A DNA stretch of 64,000 bases. Origin: Escherichia coli (GTDB lineage Bacteria; Pseudomonadota; Gammaproteobacteria; Enterobacterales; Enterobacteriaceae). Positions 45,096 through 58,041 of this stretch are shown one piece after another (position 1 is the stretch's first letter; each line of letters begins with the position of its first letter). The stretch lies in NCBI RefSeq assembly GCF_001677475.2, contig NZ_CP015229.1. One strand, given 5' to 3'. Under the pieces are notes generated by a model. It made no database searches and was not told where the DNA came from. It worked only from the letters and a program-made list of their open reading frames with translations. Both the position numbers and the translations under genes were made by a program.

Positions 45096-45905
45096 TCAGG
45101 ATTTACTGAGTTTTTCTGATTTTTCCATACACTTCGTCATCGCTTCGATCACTGCGGCACGGAAGCCTTTCTCTTCCAGTACGCGTACCGCCTCAATGGT
45201 GGTGCCTCCCGGTGAGCAGACCATATCTTTCAGTGCCCCCGGATGTTCTCCCGTTTCCAGCACCATTTTTGCGGAACCCATTACCGCCTGAGCGGCAAAT
45301 TTATACGCCTGGGCGCGTGGCATCCCGCCCAGCACGGCAGCGTCGGCCATCGCTTCGATAAACATAAAGACGTAGGCTGGGGAAGAACCGCTCACACCGA
45401 CCACCGGGTGGATCATCGGCTCAGCAATTACTTCCGCTTCGCCAAAGCAGCGGAAAATATTCAGCACATCAGCGGTATCTTCTGGGGTTACCAGCGCGTT
45501 TGGCGTTACGGAGGTCATCCCGGCATTAACCAGCGCGGGAGTGTTCGGCATGGCGCGGATAATTTTCCGGTCATGGCCCAGCGCACGGGCAAGCTGGTCG
45601 AGCGTGACACCTGCTGCAATAGAAACGACCAGAGAGTCTTTATTCAGGCTGGAGGTGATTTCGCTAAGCACTTTAATCATGATGCCTGGTTTAACGGCGG
45701 CAAAAATGATGTCGGCGATTTGCGCCACTTCTTGCGCCGATTCTGCGGCGTTGATGCCGAACTGGTCATGCAGGGCGGCGACTTTATCCGGGGAGGGGGT
45801 ATATACCCAGATTTGCCCTGGAAGCACCTGACCGCTGGCAATCAGACCGCCGAGAATGGCTTTTCCCATATTGCCGCAGCCAATAAAACCGATTTTCTTT
45901 TCCAT
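45096..45905 (-). CDS. proC: pyrroline-5-carboxylate reductase
   Basis: Start chosen at [20 protein letters not shown] (NADPH-binding) giving 269 aa. Confidence 0.95.
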   Translation of the reverse strand: MEKKIGFIGCGNMGKAILGGLIASGQVLPGQIWVYTPSPDKVAALHDQFGINAAESAQEVAQIADIIFAAVKPGIMIKVLSEITSSLNKDSLVVSIAAGVTLDQLARALGHDRKIIRAMPNTPALVNAGMTSVTPNALVTPEDTADVLNIFRCFGEAEVIAEPMIHPVVGVSGSSPAYVFMFIEAMADAAVLGGMPRAQAYKFAAQAVMGSAKMVLETGEHPGALKDMVCSPGGTTIEAVRVLEEKGFRAAVIEAMTKCMEKSEKLSKS

Positions 45906-46024
45906 TGCCTCACTCCTGCCGTGAAATTCATTGTTTTGATAATCGCTGGCAGAAGCATAAACAGAACTATGCCGGAAGGCAAAAGCGCGACACAATAGAG
46001 AATTACCCAACAAAGGATGACTTT

Positions 46025-46483
46025 ATGACAATTTGGGTGGATGCCGACGCGTGTCCCAATGTAATTAAAGAGATTTTGTATCGCGCGGCTGAACGTATGC
46101 AGATGCCGCTGGTACTGGTAGCAAACCAGAGTTTACGCGTACCGCCTTCGCGATTTATTCGAACGCTGCGCGTCGCGGCAGGTTTCGACGTTGCCGATAA
46201 CGAAATTGTCCGGCAGTGTGAAGCTGGCGATTTGGTGATCACCGCAGATATTCCTTTGGCTGCTGAAGCCATCGAGAAAGGCGCGGCGGCGCTTAATCCT
46301 CGTGGCGAACGTTACACGCCAGCGACCATTCGTGAGCGCCTGACGATGCGCGATTTTATGGATACCTTACGTGCCAGTGGGATCCAGACCGGAGGACCAG
46401 ATAGTCTTTCACAACGTGACCGCCAGGCCTTTGCTGCGGAGCTGGATAAGTGGTGGCTGGAAGTGCAACGTAGTCTTGGCTAA
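46025..46483 (+). CDS. yaiI: UPF0178 family protein
   Basis: Start chosen at [16 protein letters not shown] giving 152 aa. Confidence 0.88.
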   Translation: MTIWVDADACPNVIKEILYRAAERMQMPLVLVANQSLRVPPSRFIRTLRVAAGFDVADNEIVRQCEAGDLVITADIPLAAEAIEKGAAALNPRGERYTPATIRERLTMRDFMDTLRASGIQTGGPDSLSQRDRQAFAAELDKWWLEVQRSLG

Positions 46484-46484
46484 A

Positions 46485-46606
46485 TGTAATTTATTATTTA
46501 CACTTCATTCTTGAATATTTATTGGTATAGTAAGGGATGTATTGAGATTTTCACTTTAAGTGGAATTTTTTCTTTACAATCGAAATTGTACTAGTTTGAT
46601 GGTATG
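46485..46606 (+). promoter_or_regulatory. aroL regulatory region: TyrR boxes at 46485..46502 (TGTAATTTATTATTTACA) and 46561..46578 (TGGAATTTTTTCTTTACA), TrpR-like site near 46586..46606
   Basis: Matches to TyrR consensus TGTAAA-N6-TTTACA and a GTACTAGTT half-site; candidate -10 tatgat follows. Confidence 0.75.
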
Positions 46607-46665
46607 ATCGCTATTCTCATGATACCGGCTTTCGCCGCATTGCGACCTATTGGGGAAAACCCACG

Positions 46666-47190
46666 ATGACACAACCTCTTTTTCTGATCGGGCCTCGGGG
46701 CTGTGGTAAAACAACGGTCGGAATGGCCCTTGCCGATTCGCTTAACCGTCGATTTGTCGATACCGACCAGTGGTTGCAATCACAGCTCAATATGACGGTC
46801 GCGGAGATCGTCGAAAGGGAAGAGTGGGCGGGATTCCGCGCCAGAGAAACGGCGGCGTTGGAAGCGGTAACTGCGCCATCCACCGTTATCGCCACGGGCG
46901 GCGGCATTATCCTGACGGAATTTAATCGTCACTTTATGCAAAATAACGGGATCGTGGTTTATTTGTGTGCGCCAGTATCAGTCCTGGTTAACCGACTGCA
47001 AGCTGCACCGGAAGAAGATTTACGGCCAACCTTAACGGGAAAACCGCTGAGCGAAGAAGTTAAGGAAGTGCTGGAAGAACGCGATGCGCTATATCGCGAA
47101 GTTGCGCATATTATCATCGACGCAACAAACGAACCCAGCCAGGTGATTTCTGAAATTCGCAGCGCCCTGGCACAGACGATCAATTGTTGA
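46666..47190 (+). CDS. aroL: shikimate kinase II
   Basis: 174-aa ORF with P-loop GPRGCGKTT. Confidence 0.96.
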   Translation: MTQPLFLIGPRGCGKTTVGMALADSLNRRFVDTDQWLQSQLNMTVAEIVEREEWAGFRARETAALEAVTAPSTVIATGGGIILTEFNRHFMQNNGIVVYLCAPVSVLVNRLQAAPEEDLRPTLTGKPLSEEVKEVLEERDALYREVAHIIIDATNEPSQVISEIRSALAQTINC

Positions 47191-47230
47191 TTTTCGAGCG
47201 CCTATACTTAACGTTCATCCCGTGAAATAA

Positions 47231-47431
<201 letters not shown>

Positions 47432-47688
47432 CCGCATCAGACTGCTCGGAAGGGATTCTGAGTGCCACCACAAGGGATCTGCGTCACATTTTTCACAATT
47501 CATGTTTTTCAAATAATTAGAATATTAAACAATAACAATCCATTACTGGAATCATTTGGAATCTTTACATTATGCCGTGCAGGTCTGCTGCTACGCTTTT
47601 TGTCATTTGTAGCACAGGTAAGTGTCAGCAGTGGTGCTTAGCGCTTGCCCGGTAATTAACGACGAAATAAAAGTAAGGTGGAAGAACA

Positions 47689-48366
47689 ATGAGTGCGTCG
47701 TTGGCGATCCTGACCATCGGCATTGTACCTATGCAGGAAGTTTTGCCGCTCCTGACAGAATACATTGACGAAGATAATATTTCCCATCATAGCCTGCTGG
47801 GGAAGTTAAGCCGCGAAGAAGTGATGACGGAGTACGCGCCAGAAGCAGGCGAAGACACAATTCTCACATTATTAAATGACAACCAGCTGGCCCATGTTTC
47901 GCGTCGTAAAGTGGAACGAGACCTGCAAGGTGTGGTTGAAGTGCTCGATAATCAGGGTTATGACGTCATTTTATTAATGAGTACAGCAAACATTAGTAGT
48001 ATGACTGCGCGTAATACGATCTTTCTTGAACCGTCGCGAATATTGCCTCCGCTGGTTTCTTCTATTGTTGAAGATCATCAGGTGGGGGTTATCGTTCCGG
48101 TTGAGGAGATGCTGCCCGTTCAGGCGCAAAAATGGCAAATTTTGCAGAAATCGCCGGTATTTTCATTGGGTAACCCCATTCATGATTCAGAACAAAAAAT
48201 CATTGATGCCGGGAAAGAATTACTGGCAAAAGGGGCTGATGTCATCATGCTGGATTGTTTAGGATTTCACCAACGTCATCGCGATTTACTGCAAAAACAG
48301 CTCGATGTTCCTGTCTTGCTCTCTAACGTATTGATTGCACGGCTGGCTGCGGAATTACTGGTGTAA
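47689..48366 (+). CDS. aroM: AroM family protein
   Basis: 225-aa ORF with RBS (ggtggaagaacaATG). Confidence 0.9.
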   Translation: MSASLAILTIGIVPMQEVLPLLTEYIDEDNISHHSLLGKLSREEVMTEYAPEAGEDTILTLLNDNQLAHVSRRKVERDLQGVVEVLDNQGYDVILLMSTANISSMTARNTIFLEPSRILPPLVSSIVEDHQVGVIVPVEEMLPVQAQKWQILQKSPVFSLGNPIHDSEQKIIDAGKELLAKGADVIMLDCLGFHQRHRDLLQKQLDVPVLLSNVLIARLAAELLV

Positions 48367-48437
48367 TTTTGCGTGACAGCCAGCGCCTCTGGCCCCTATA
48401 GTGAAGTAGATGTTCAACTACCAGACAGGGCCAGTTT

Positions 48438-48722
48438 ATGCTTCAAAGTAATGAGTACTTTTCAGGCAAAGTGAAATCGATCGGCTTTTCCAGCAGCAGC
48501 ACTGGTCGCGCCAGCGTGGGTGTTATGGTTGAAGGTGAATACACCTTCAGCACCGCTGAGCCTGAAGAGATGACGGTAATCAGTGGCGCGCTGAATGTGT
48601 TACTGCCTGACGCGACCGACTGGCAAGTGTATGAAGCCGGTTCGGTGTTTAATGTTCCCGGTCACAGCGAGTTTCATCTGCAAGTTGCCGAACCCACCTC
48701 TTATCTGTGCCGCTATCTGTAA
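48438..48722 (+). CDS. ppnP: pyrimidine/purine nucleoside phosphorylase (cupin, DUF1255)
   Basis: 94-aa [20 protein letters not shown]... Confidence 0.92.
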
Positions 48723-48929
48723 TTCCTCGCCTTCCCCTTGAACGGGAGGGCATTTTTCTGAAATGTCCTCTCTTTAACCCATAATAATATTTCCTTTGCT
48801 GGGATTTTTTCGATTTCCGATATATTCATAATTCATCAAGGTTGATATAAATATCAGCGAAGATCTCCAGATATTGTTGCGGAACTGGCTACGATAAAAG
48901 ATAAATCAGATGATGAATGGTGGCGTGCA

Positions 48930-49208
48930 TTGCTGCAAAGTCGCAATGATCATTTGCGCCAAACGGCATTGCGCAACGCACATACCCCGGTGTTGTTAAC
49001 GGCATTGACTGAGTCTCAGGATCGGTCGCTGGCTATTAATAATCCACAGCTGGCTGCCGATGTGAAAACGGTGTGGCTAAAAGAGGAGCCATCATTACTT
49101 TTATTTGTCGATCAACCCGCTCTTCCGCAGTTACGGGATTTAGTGAAAAACGGGGCAACGCGGAAAATTCGCAGTGAAGCGCGTCACCGGCTTGAGGAAA
49201 AACAATGA
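48930..49208 (+). pseudogene. short ORF with TTG start and no convincing RBS; possibly a frameshifted remnant (ykiA-like)
   Basis: 92-aa frame begins at TTG; an ATGATG at 48910 is in a different frame and stops after about 29 codons. Confidence 0.35.
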
Positions 49209-49304
49209 CACAACGCCCCTGGAGCAAGTTACAGCGTAAAACGCATAATATTGCTGCGCTAAAAATTATTGCCCGCCGTAGCGAATAATTATATTCCTGG
49301 TGTG

Positions 49305-49350
49305 GCTTCGTACGCCGGATAAGACGCGGCAGGCGTCGCATCCGGCATTA
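49305..49350. repeat. REP element downstream of rdgC
   Basis: tacgccggataagacgcggcaggcgtcgcatccggcatt motif. Confidence 0.75.
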
Positions 49351-49365
49351 AAGGAAAATCAGCAA

Positions 49366-50277
49366 TTAACGTTGTGCTTCGCCACCTAATCCTTCGATCA
49401 GGTTTTGAATTAACGCTGCCAGTTCACCAGTCATCAGGATGAAATCGGCATCAAAACGCTGGGCGAAATCTTCACGGTCGATATCTTCGTTTTGATCGCG
49501 CAGCTCGTCGCAGAACTTCAGACGCTTGAGCGAACCATCGTCGCACATCACAAACTGAATGCGCTGCTGCCAGTCGAGCGCCAGTTTAGTCACCACTTTT
49601 CCGGCTTCAATGTGATTAGTGATCTCTTCGCTGGTCAGATCTTGTTTCTTCGCGCGGATCACGCCGCCATCTTCCAGCAACGATTTCAGCTCGGCTTCAT
49701 CAAGCAGCTGGAAGCCCTGTGCCGCACTACCGGAACGTACCCATTCGGTCAGCGTCAGTTCAATCGGGTTTTCCATGCTCAATGGTACAACCGGTAACGA
49801 CCCCAGGCTTTTACGCAGCAGTGCCAGCGTATCTTCCGCTTTTTTGGCACTGGCGCAGTCCACCATAATCAAACCATTAACCGTGTCGATCCACATCATT
49901 GTCTGGCTAAAACGGCTGAAAGCACGCGGCAGCAGAGAGTGCAGCACTTCGTCTTTCAGCGAATCTTTTTCGGTTTTCTTCAGCTTACGCGCCTGTTCCG
50001 CTTCCAGTTTGGCGATTTTCGCTTCCAGCGCCTGTTTAATCACCGGAGACGGGAGGATTTTTTCTTCTTTGCGTGCGCAGATAACAATTTGACCATTGGC
50101 AACGTGCGTTAACGCATCGCTGTGCGATCCCATCGGAGGAACCCAGCCCATCTTCGCCATGTCCTGGCTGCCGCATGGGGTAAATGCCATCGAGGCTAGC
50201 TGTTTTTCCATCTCTTCTGCACGCAGCGAAATCTCGCGGCTAAGACGGTAAACCATTAAATTTTTGAACCACAGCAT
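49366..50277 (-). CDS. rdgC: recombination-associated nucleoid protein
   Basis: Start chosen at [16 protein letters not shown] giving 303 aa. Confidence 0.94.
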
Positions 50278-50401
50278 GATAATTTCCACGGCCTTGTCGT
50301 TAAATTTAGCGGGCATGATAACGAATTGTCGGCGGCCTTGCATTGCCAATCCGGTTGTCCGTCTCTACGCTATTGATATTGAAAAAAATAAGGAGAGTAC
50401 C

Positions 50402-51310
50402 GTGCGTATAGGTATCGATTTAGGCGGCACCAAAACTGAAGTGATTGCACTGGGCGATGCAGGGGAGCAGTTGTACCGCTATCGTCTGCCCACGCCGCGT
50501 GATGATTACCAGCAGACTATTGAAACGATCGCCACGTTGGTTGATATGGCGGAGCAGGCGACAGGGCAGCGCGGAACGGTAGGTATGGGCATTCCAGGTT
50601 CGATTTCGCCCTACACCGGTGTGGTGAAGAATGCCAATTCAACCTGGCTCAACGGTCAGCCATTCGATAAAGACTTAAGCGCGAGGTTGCAGCGGGAAGT
50701 GCGGCTGGCAAATGACGCCAACTGTCTGGCGGTTTCAGAAGCAGTAGATGGCGCGGCAGCAGGAGCGCAGACGGTATTTGCCGTGATTATCGGCACGGGA
50801 TGCGGCGCGGGCGTGGCATTCAATGGGCGGGCGCATATCGGCGGCAATGGTACGGCAGGCGAGTGGGGACACAATCCGCTACCGTGGATGGACGAAGACG
50901 AACTGCGTTATCGCGAGGAAGTCCCTTGTTATTGCGGTAAACAAGGTTGTATTGAAACCTTTATTTCGGGCACGGGATTTGCGACGGATTATCGTCGTTT
51001 GAGCGGACATGCGCTGAAAGGCAGTGAAATTATCAGCCTGGTTGAAGAAAGCGATCCGGTAGCGGAACTGGCATTGCGTCGCTACGAGCTGCGGCTGGCA
51101 AAATCGCTGGCACATGTCGTGAATATTCTCGATCCGGATGTGATTGTCCTGGGGGGCGGGATGAGCAATGTAGACCGTTTATATCAAACGGTTCCGCAGT
51201 TGATTAAACAATTTGTCTTCGGCGGCGAATGTGAAACGCCGGTGCGTAAGGCGAAGCACGGTGATTCCAGCGGCGTACGCGGCGCTGCGTGGTTATGGCC
51301 ACAAGAGTAA
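50402..51310 (+). CDS. mak: fructokinase/manno(fructo)kinase (ROK family)
   Basis: GTG start at [14 protein letters not shown] (ROK ATP-binding N-terminus) giving 302 aa; upstream part of the longest ORF overlaps rdgC. Confidence 0.9.
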   Translation: MRIGIDLGGTKTEVIALGDAGEQLYRYRLPTPRDDYQQTIETIATLVDMAEQATGQRGTVGMGIPGSISPYTGVVKNANSTWLNGQPFDKDLSARLQREVRLANDANCLAVSEAVDGAAAGAQTVFAVIIGTGCGAGVAFNGRAHIGGNGTAGEWGHNPLPWMDEDELRYREEVPCYCGKQGCIETFISGTGFATDYRRLSGHALKGSEIISLVEESDPVAELALRRYELRLAKSLAHVVNILDPDVIVLGGGMSNVDRLYQTVPQLIKQFVFGGECETPVRKAKHGDSSGVRGAAWLWPQE

Positions 51311-51330
51311 AAAACCCAGGCAATTGGCGC

Positions 51331-51430
51331 ATCATGCCTGATGCGACGCTTGCCGCGTCTTATCAGGCCTACAAAATGTGCCAGAACCGCGTAGGGCGGA
51401 TAAGGCGTTCACGCCGCATCCGGCAATAAG
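51331..51430. repeat. REP/BIME elements between mak and araJ
   Basis: gcctgatgcgacgcttgccgcgtcttatcaggcctac and gcggataaggcgttcacgccgcatccggc units. Confidence 0.85.
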
Positions 51431-51452
51431 TAATTAGCACCGAGACTATAAC

Positions 51453-52637
51453 CTACCCCAGTGGTTTCGCCAGCACCGGAGTATCCGCCGCTTGCTGGCG
51501 CTTATAGCGACCATACAGCAGCAATGACGACATAGCAGCAAACGAAAGCAGGGCGGCAGGCAGCGCCACGTAATTATATGTCAGCCCCAGCGTCAGCATC
51601 ATACCACCGCAATATGCGCCGACGGCGCTACCGAGGTTAAACGCTATTTGCCCACCTGCGGCACCTAATAACTCTCCGCCTTTGGCGTTTTGCAGTAACA
51701 ATATTTGTAGAGGTGCTGAAAGGGCAAATAATCCCGCGCAACAAATAAATGCAAAAATAAGCGACGTTGTTTTCATGCCGCCGAAGAAAAAGAGCATCAG
51801 CAGTGCCAGGACAATGATAAAGTCAGTCACTGCTGCAATGCGCAGTGGTGAATAACGTCCTGAAATCCTGCCACTTAGCATATTTCCCAGCACCATCCCT
51901 AGCCCAACTAACATCATAATAAAGGTCATCGCCGTTTCCGAAAAACCGGAAATAAACATCATGTATGGCTTTACGTAGCTGAACCAGGCAAACACACCTG
52001 CGTTGCCAAACATGGTGGCGGCGAAAATTAACCACGGGGCCGGGCTGCGTAAAAAGTGAAATTGTTCGCGCAGCTTTCCTTTCGTCTCGTCGCGAATATC
52101 CGGCACCCAAAAATAGACCGATGCCATCACCGCAATATTAAAAACAGCGATCAATAAAAAGGTGTAACGCCAGCTAAATTCCTGACTTAAATACGTTCCC
52201 AGCGGAATGCCCAGCAAATTGGCGACTGTCATCCCGGAAACCATCCCCGCCACGGCGGCGGTGACTTTTCCGGGTTTGATAATTTTCGATAACACGATCG
52301 CGCCGACGCCAAAAAATGCGCCATGCGGAAAGCCGGAAACCAGGCGACCAATGGCAAGCATCAGGTAAGACGAAGAGAGCGTGAACATGGCGTTACCAAT
52401 GACGCACAACGCCACCAGAAACAACAAGATATGTTTGAGTGAGTAGCGGCTGGAAAAGAGAGCGATGATTGGCGCACCGACCACCACCCCCAGCGCATAA
52501 TACGAGATCATATGCCCGGCGGCAGGAATCGAAATTCCTACGTTATGCGCCAGCTCCGTGAGCACGCCCATAATGCCAAATTCGGCCATCCCCAAACCAA
52601 ACGTGCCCAGAGCCAAAGATAAAATGACTTTTTTCAT
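51453..52637 (-). CDS. araJ: MFS transporter (arabinose-inducible)
   Basis: Start chosen at MKKVILSLALGTFGLG giving 394 aa. Confidence 0.9.
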   Translation of the reverse strand: MKKVILSLALGTFGLGMAEFGIMGVLTELAHNVGISIPAAGHMISYYALGVVVGAPIIALFSSRYSLKHILLFLVALCVIGNAMFTLSSSYLMLAIGRLVSGFPHGAFFGVGAIVLSKIIKPGKVTAAVAGMVSGMTVANLLGIPLGTYLSQEFSWRYTFLLIAVFNIAVMASVYFWVPDIRDETKGKLREQFHFLRSPAPWLIFAATMFGNAGVFAWFSYVKPYMMFISGFSETAMTFIMMLVGLGMVLGNMLSGRISGRYSPLRIAAVTDFIIVLALLMLFFFGGMKTTSLIFAFICCAGLFALSAPLQILLLQNAKGGELLGAAGGQIAFNLGSAVGAYCGGMMLTLGLTYNYVALPAALLSFAAMSSLLLYGRYKRQQAADTPVLAKPLG

Positions 52638-52762
52638 ACCACCATCACAACCACCAGAACGGCTACCAATCACCGTAGCCAATAAAGTGATAGCTTGCAG
52701 GATAACGACCAGCAAGGCCAAGAGATAATTCGCCCCTCTGTATTCATTATCCTGCTGAATAG

Positions 52763-55700
52763 TTATTTCACTGCAAACGTACTTTCCAGTTTGCTGTAGC
52801 CCAGGCCGTTGATCTTTTTCACTTTGATCTGCACCGGAATACGCTCTTTCATCGCTTCTACGTGGCTAATCACACCGATGGTTTTGCCACTGGCGTTCAG
52901 GGCATCCAGCGCATCAAGGGCGGTATCCAGCGTTTCGCTATCCAGCGTGCCAAAACCTTCATCAAGGAACAGCGAGTCAATACGTGTTTTATGGCTGACC
53001 AGATCCGAAAGCGCCAGCGCCAGCGCCAGACTGACGAGGAAACTTTCGCCTCCGGAAAGGGTACGGGTATCGCGTACCGCATCTGCCTGCCAGGTATCAA
53101 CAACCTCGACTTCCAGCGCCTCGCTGGCTTTGCGCTGTAACAGATAGCGCCCGTGCAGCCGGGTAAGTTGCTGATTAGCGAGATGGACTAAATTATCCAG
53201 CGTCAGCCCCTGGGCAAACTTGCGGAATTTATCGCCCTCTTTGGAACCTATTAGCGAATTCAGATATCCCCAGTCCTCAACCTGCTGCGTCATTTGAGCA
53301 ATTTGCTGCATTAAGGTTTGTTGTTGCTGACGGTTATCTGCATCCTGCTTCAGCTGCTGGCGAATCTCGCCTTGACTCGTGGTGTTTTCACGCAACTTTT
53401 GGTGAGTTTGCGCTAACTCTTGCTGAATCTGCTCCACCGTCACAGTGAGAGCCAACCCGCCAGGTCGGTGTTGCTGATGCTGTGCCAGCGTTTCTGCTGT
53501 CTGAGTGACCAGCGTTTGCGCCTGACGGCGCTGGTTTTCCAGATTCTGCTTGAGCTGTTCCAGCTGCGTTAGTGTTTGTTCATCCATTAGCGCCGCAAGG
53601 AACGCCTGCTGATCGTCAAAGACGCTGGCCTGTAGCGCGGTGTCAAACTGCGCCTGGGCTTTTTGCAGACTTTGCGCCGCCAGAACGTCCTGTTGCTGTA
53701 ACGTCTGCTGCTGGCTGTGTAATGCGAGACATTGTTCATGTACCTGCCGCCAGTTTTCCAGTACCACAGTTTCTTCGCAGTGCGGGAGTTCATCACTTTG
53801 CGGCAACGTTTCCAGAATCGGCGTCAGCTGCTGAATACGGTTTTGCAGCGCGGTTAATTCGTTCTGGCGATGTTGCCAGCTCTGCGCTTCTTGCTGACGT
53901 GTCGCCAACCAGCTCTCTTCTTCATCTTCCTGTGGCAATGTCAGTGCATAACCCGCCAATGCCGTTAAGAGCTGCTGCTGGCGTTGTTCAATTTGCTGTT
54001 GATACTGGATAATTTGCTGATTATGTGCGGCAATCTGCCCTTGTAATTCATGTCGTTGGCTGAGTAACCGCAGCTGGCGTTCGTGCTCATCTTGTGCATC
54101 TAGCCACGGTTGAATATCGTCCTGTGGCTGCAAGGTGATATTGAGGCTGGCCGTGACGGCTTGCCATTGTTGAGTAAGTGCTTGCTCATCTTGTCGGAGG
54201 CTTTGCGCTTCGTTTTCATCACGCTGAAGCTGCTTTGTTAAGGCGTCCAGTTGCCCACGTAGCGTCGCACCTTCTTCACCGAGCTTTTTAACTTCGTTTT
54301 CCAGCGCCAGTAATCGAGACTGATTAACACCAGGCTCCAGCGCCTGATACGCCTCGACCGCCGGGTGGCTGGTGGAACCACAAAGTGGGCAAGGCTGACC
54401 CGCCTGTAACTGCGCGCGCTGGGCTTCCAGCGTTTTAATGCGCGCTTCCTGCTCGCAAATGGTTTTCACATCGGCAAGTTGCTGCGTCTTTTCTTTATAA
54501 CGCTGGCGCATTTCGTTAAGTGCGGCATTACGTTGCGTCTGTTCCAGAGTGACATTCTGGATAGTGACCATTAACTGCGCCAGACGTTTTTGTTGGGGAA
54601 CAATCTGCCCATGCAGCGCGACCAGGTGCTGACGCAGTGGGCGTTGCTCAGCATGTTGCGCCAGGGCGGTAGCAACTTCATCGGCGGTTAACGTCAACGT
54701 AATAGCCGCAAGCGCATTAAGTTTTTGCTCAGCATGGGTTAACTGTTGCTGCCATTGCCGCAGATGCTCGCGATCGCTGGTTTGTTGGGAGAACTGCGCA
54801 CGCCAACCCGCCAGTTCGTTGTTCCACTGACGGAAGCGGTCGTGTTCCTGTAACCAGGTATTCAGGCTTTGTTGCTGCTGCTGTAATTCTGCTGACTGCT
54901 TCGCCGCGTGGTGGCGAATGCTCGCGCGAAGCGCCATTGTGCTCTGTAAGCGAGTATTTACTTCTTCAATCTGCTGGCGAGTATGCGCCAGCGCCGCGCT
55001 GTGTTCTGCGATGCGTTCCCAGTGCGGACGAAGATTTCGTGCCGGTTGTGCCAGACTGAGCGCCGCCAGTTGAGGTTGCGCTTTTTCTTCTTCGGCTAAC
55101 GCCTGTTGCAAGGCCTGCTGACGGCGGCTGGCTTCTTGCTGCAATTCGTCCAGACGCGTTAACCAGTTTAGCGATTGTTGTTCTTGCTGCTGCGCGGTAA
55201 GTAACTGTTTTTCTTCGTCAGTAAGTACCTGCAAACTCGCTGTCAGCGATTGCACTTGTTCCGGCGTGAGCAACGCGACGCCGCTGGCCTGCGCTTGCAG
55301 CTTCTCCAGCTCAGTGCGGGCCGATTTGTGCTGCTCAAAAACCATCGCCGAGATTTGCCCGTAGATTTCAGTGCCGGTTAACTCCTCAAGCAATTCCGCG
55401 CGTTCTTTGGGTTTGGCATTCAGGAAGGCAGCAAATTGCCCCTGCGAAAGCAGCATCGAACGGGTGAAGCGCCCGTAATCCAGCCCGGTTAACGTCGCTG
55501 TCAGTTCCAGCTTATCTTTCACTTTGTCGGCGAGAATTTTGCCGTCGGCGCAACGCGCCAGCTCTACGCGTGGCACCTGCAAATTACCGTCGGGTTGGTT
55601 ACGCGCCCGATTCTGGCTCCAGAACGCGCGATACGCTTCACCTTTCACTTCAAACTCCACCTCCGCCAGACATTCGGCGGTATCGCGGGTCATGAGATCA

Positions 55701-55906
55701 TTTTGCGATTGTGAAACGTTAGAGAGGCGCGGAGTTTCGTGATACAGCGCCAGACAAATGGCGTCCAGCAGGGTGGTTTTCCCCGCACCGGTCGGGCCGG
55801 TAATTGCAAACAGCCCGTTGCTGGCGAACGGCTCGCGGGTGAAATCAATCTTCCATTCGCCTTTTAATGAGTTCAGGTTTTTCAGGCGCAGGCTGAGAAT
55901 TTTCAT
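52763..55906 (-). CDS. sbcC: SbcCD nuclease ATPase subunit (SMC-like)
   Basis: 1047-aa ORF with N-terminal Walker A (GPTGAGKTT), long Q/E-rich coiled coil with central CPLCGS zinc hook, C-terminal signature/Walker B ([28 protein letters not shown]). Confidence 0.96.
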   Translation of the reverse strand: MKILSLRLKNLNSLKGEWKIDFTREPFASNGLFAITGPTGAGKTTLLDAICLALYHETPRLSNVSQSQNDLMTRDTAECLAEVEFEVKGEAYRAFWSQNRARNQPDGNLQVPRVELARCADGKILADKVKDKLELTATLTGLDYGRFTRSMLLSQGQFAAFLNAKPKERAELLEELTGTEIYGQISAMVFEQHKSARTELEKLQAQASGVALLTPEQVQSLTASLQVLTDEEKQLLTAQQQEQQSLNWLTRLDELQQEASRRQQALQQALAEEEKAQPQLAALSLAQPARNLRPHWERIAEHSAALAHTRQQIEEVNTRLQSTMALRASIRHHAAKQSAELQQQQQSLNTWLQEHDRFRQWNNELAGWRAQFSQQTSDREHLRQWQQQLTHAEQKLNALAAITLTLTADEVATALAQHAEQRPLRQHLVALHGQIVPQQKRLAQLMVTIQNVTLEQTQRNAALNEMRQRYKEKTQQLADVKTICEQEARIKTLEAQRAQLQAGQPCPLCGSTSHPAVEAYQALEPGVNQSRLLALENEVKKLGEEGATLRGQLDALTKQLQRDENEAQSLRQDEQALTQQWQAVTASLNITLQPQDDIQPWLDAQDEHERQLRLLSQRHELQGQIAAHNQQIIQYQQQIEQRQQQLLTALAGYALTLPQEDEEESWLATRQQEAQSWQHRQNELTALQNRIQQLTPILETLPQSDELPHCEETVVLENWRQVHEQCLALHSQQQTLQQQDVLAAQSLQKAQAQFDTALQASVFDDQQAFLAALMDEQTLTQLEQLKQNLENQRRQAQTLVTQTAETLAQHQQHRPGGLALTVTVEQIQQELAQTHQKLRENTTSQGEIRQQLKQDADNRQQQQTLMQQIAQMTQQVEDWGYLNSLIGSKEGDKFRKFAQGLTLDNLVHLANQQLTRLHGRYLLQRKASEALEVEVVDTWQADAVRDTRTLSGGESFLVSLALALALSDLVSHKTRIDSLFLDEGFGTLDSETLDTALDALDALNASGKTIGVISHVEAMKERIPVQIKVKKINGLGYSKLESTFAVK

Positions 55907-57105
55907 GCTTCGTGTTCTCCGGCGAGGGTATGCAACGTCGTGGCGAAAAGATGCTGCAGACGTTGCTGCTGCGATTCATCCAGTTCTTCCAGTGCCAGAC
56001 GGCGATTGAACACCTCTTCGACGCTGAGTTCGCTGAGGGTTTCACGCTGTTGGCTGGCTAACACTCGCTCGCGCTGTTCACGACTCCGGCGTACCAGCAA
56101 TACTTCGACAGGTAATGATTCGGTTAATGCCTGGATTTTGCGCTGAATATCATGCAGATACTCATCAGTAGTGATTTCGATATCCAGCCAGACAGGTGGC
56201 TCCTGTGATACATCGCGCCACTGTTCCAGCTGTGCGGTAATCGACGCCAGATCGCCTTTCAGCACCGCCATGGGTTGCGTTACCGGTACGTTCAGGTTTT
56301 CCACGCTCTCTAATTTGCCGTTTGAAAATGTCACCAGATGGACATATTTACTCTTACCGCATTCATCAAAACTCAGTGGAATGGGGGAACCGCAATAGCG
56401 AACATGTTCCATGCCGCCAATAATCTGTGCGCGGTGAATATGCCCGAGCGCGATGTAGTCGGCTGGTGGAAAGTTTTGTGCCGGAAACGCGTCCAGCGTG
56501 CCAATATAGATGTCACGCACGGCATCACTTTTACTGGCACCCACAGTTGTTAAATGTCCCGTGGCGATGATGGGCAGAGGCTGATCGCCGCGCAGTTTGC
56601 AGGCATCGGCATAGTGTTGTTGATAATAATCAGTAATAGCCGCCAGCAAATGCTGCTGTTTTTCAATACCGTTAAGCCCCGCCTGGCTGGTAATAATGTC
56701 ACGCGGGCGTAAAAAAGGTATGGGACACAGTACTGCGCCTGGCGTCCCGTCGCGACGAGGCAAGATTTGCGGCGCATGTCCGGCGCTGGCGACCACGGTA
56801 GTATTGAGGAACGCCATGATATCGCGCGATTCATTCAGCGTGGCGACCGAGTCATGGTTTCCTGCCAGTACCACCAGATGACAGCCAGTTTGCTGTAAAT
56901 TGACAACAAAACGGTTGTATAACGTGCGGGCGTAACTGGGCGGCGAGCCGGTATCGAAAACATCACCGGCAACAATAATCGCATCCACCTGATGGGTTTG
57001 TGCTGTCTCCAGCAGCCAGTCAAGAAAAGCCTGATGTTCAGCTTCGCGGCTTTTACTGTAGAAGTTCTGGCCGAGATGCCAGTCTGAGGTGTGAAGGATG
57101 CGCAT
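55903..57105 (-). CDS. sbcD: SbcCD nuclease subunit (Mre11-like phosphoesterase)
   Basis: Start chosen at [13 protein letters not shown] giving 400 aa; 4-bp overlap with sbcC. Confidence 0.95.
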   Translation of the reverse strand: MRILHTSDWHLGQNFYSKSREAEHQAFLDWLLETAQTHQVDAIIVAGDVFDTGSPPSYARTLYNRFVVNLQQTGCHLVVLAGNHDSVATLNESRDIMAFLNTTVVASAGHAPQILPRRDGTPGAVLCPIPFLRPRDIITSQAGLNGIEKQQHLLAAITDYYQQHYADACKLRGDQPLPIIATGHLTTVGASKSDAVRDIYIGTLDAFPAQNFPPADYIALGHIHRAQIIGGMEHVRYCGSPIPLSFDECGKSKYVHLVTFSNGKLESVENLNVPVTQPMAVLKGDLASITAQLEQWRDVSQEPPVWLDIEITTDEYLHDIQRKIQALTESLPVEVLLVRRSREQRERVLASQQRETLSELSVEEVFNRRLALEELDESQQQRLQHLFATTLHTLAGEHEA

Positions 57106-57212
57106 AACGGTTCCCTGGCGAAAAAGCATGGGCGCGATTATACCCAAACAGATGTGCCATTTGCTTTTTTCTGCGCCACGGAAATCAATAACCTGAAGAT
57201 ATGTGCGACGAG

Positions 57213-57240
57213 CTTTTCATAAATCTGTCATAAATCTGAC
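57213..57240 (+). promoter_or_regulatory. Pho box (tandem CTGTCATAAA repeats) in the phoB promoter
   Basis: cttttcataaatctgtcataaatctgac, two direct 11-bp repeats about 55 bp upstream of the phoB start. Confidence 0.88.
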
Positions 57241-57294
57241 GCATAATGACGTCGCATTAATGATCGCAACCTATTTATTACAACAGGGCAAATC

Positions 57295-57984
57295 ATGGCG
57301 AGACGTATTCTGGTCGTAGAAGATGAAGCACCAATTCGCGAAATGGTCTGCTTCGTGCTCGAACAAAATGGCTTTCAGCCGGTCGAAGCGGAAGATTATG
57401 ACAGTGCTGTGAATCAACTGAATGAACCCTGGCCGGATTTAATTCTCCTTGACTGGATGTTACCTGGCGGCTCCGGTATCCAGTTCATCAAACACCTCAA
57501 GCGCGAGTCGATGACCCGGGATATTCCAGTGGTGATGTTGACCGCCAGAGGGGAAGAAGAAGATCGCGTGCGCGGCCTTGAAACCGGCGCGGATGACTAT
57601 ATCACCAAGCCGTTTTCGCCGAAGGAGCTGGTGGCGCGAATCAAAGCGGTAATGCGTCGTATTTCGCCAATGGCGGTGGAAGAGGTGATTGAGATGCAGG
57701 GGCTAAGTCTGGACCCGACATCTCACCGGGTGATGGCGGGCGAAGAACCGCTGGAGATGGGGCCGACAGAATTTAAACTGCTGCACTTTTTTATGACCCA
57801 TCCTGAGCGCGTGTACAGCCGCGAGCAGCTGTTAAACCACGTCTGGGGAACCAACGTGTATGTGGAAGATCGTACGGTCGATGTCCACATTCGTCGCCTG
57901 CGTAAAGCACTGGAGCCCGGCGGGCATGACCGCATGGTGCAGACTGTGCGCGGTACAGGATATCGTTTTTCAACCCGCTTTTAA
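57295..57984 (+). CDS. phoB: phosphate regulon response regulator (OmpR family)
   Basis: 229-aa [20 protein letters not shown]... Confidence 0.97.
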
Positions 57985-58041
57985 CGCCTTGCTCATCGGA
58001 CGCAGAGCAGGGCTTATGATTTCTTAACTGGAGTATCTTAC

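Noticed and set aside
45243-45998. 251-aa plus-strand ORF inside proC
   Set aside because: Antisense to proC; the real plus-strand gene here (yaiI) starts at 46025.
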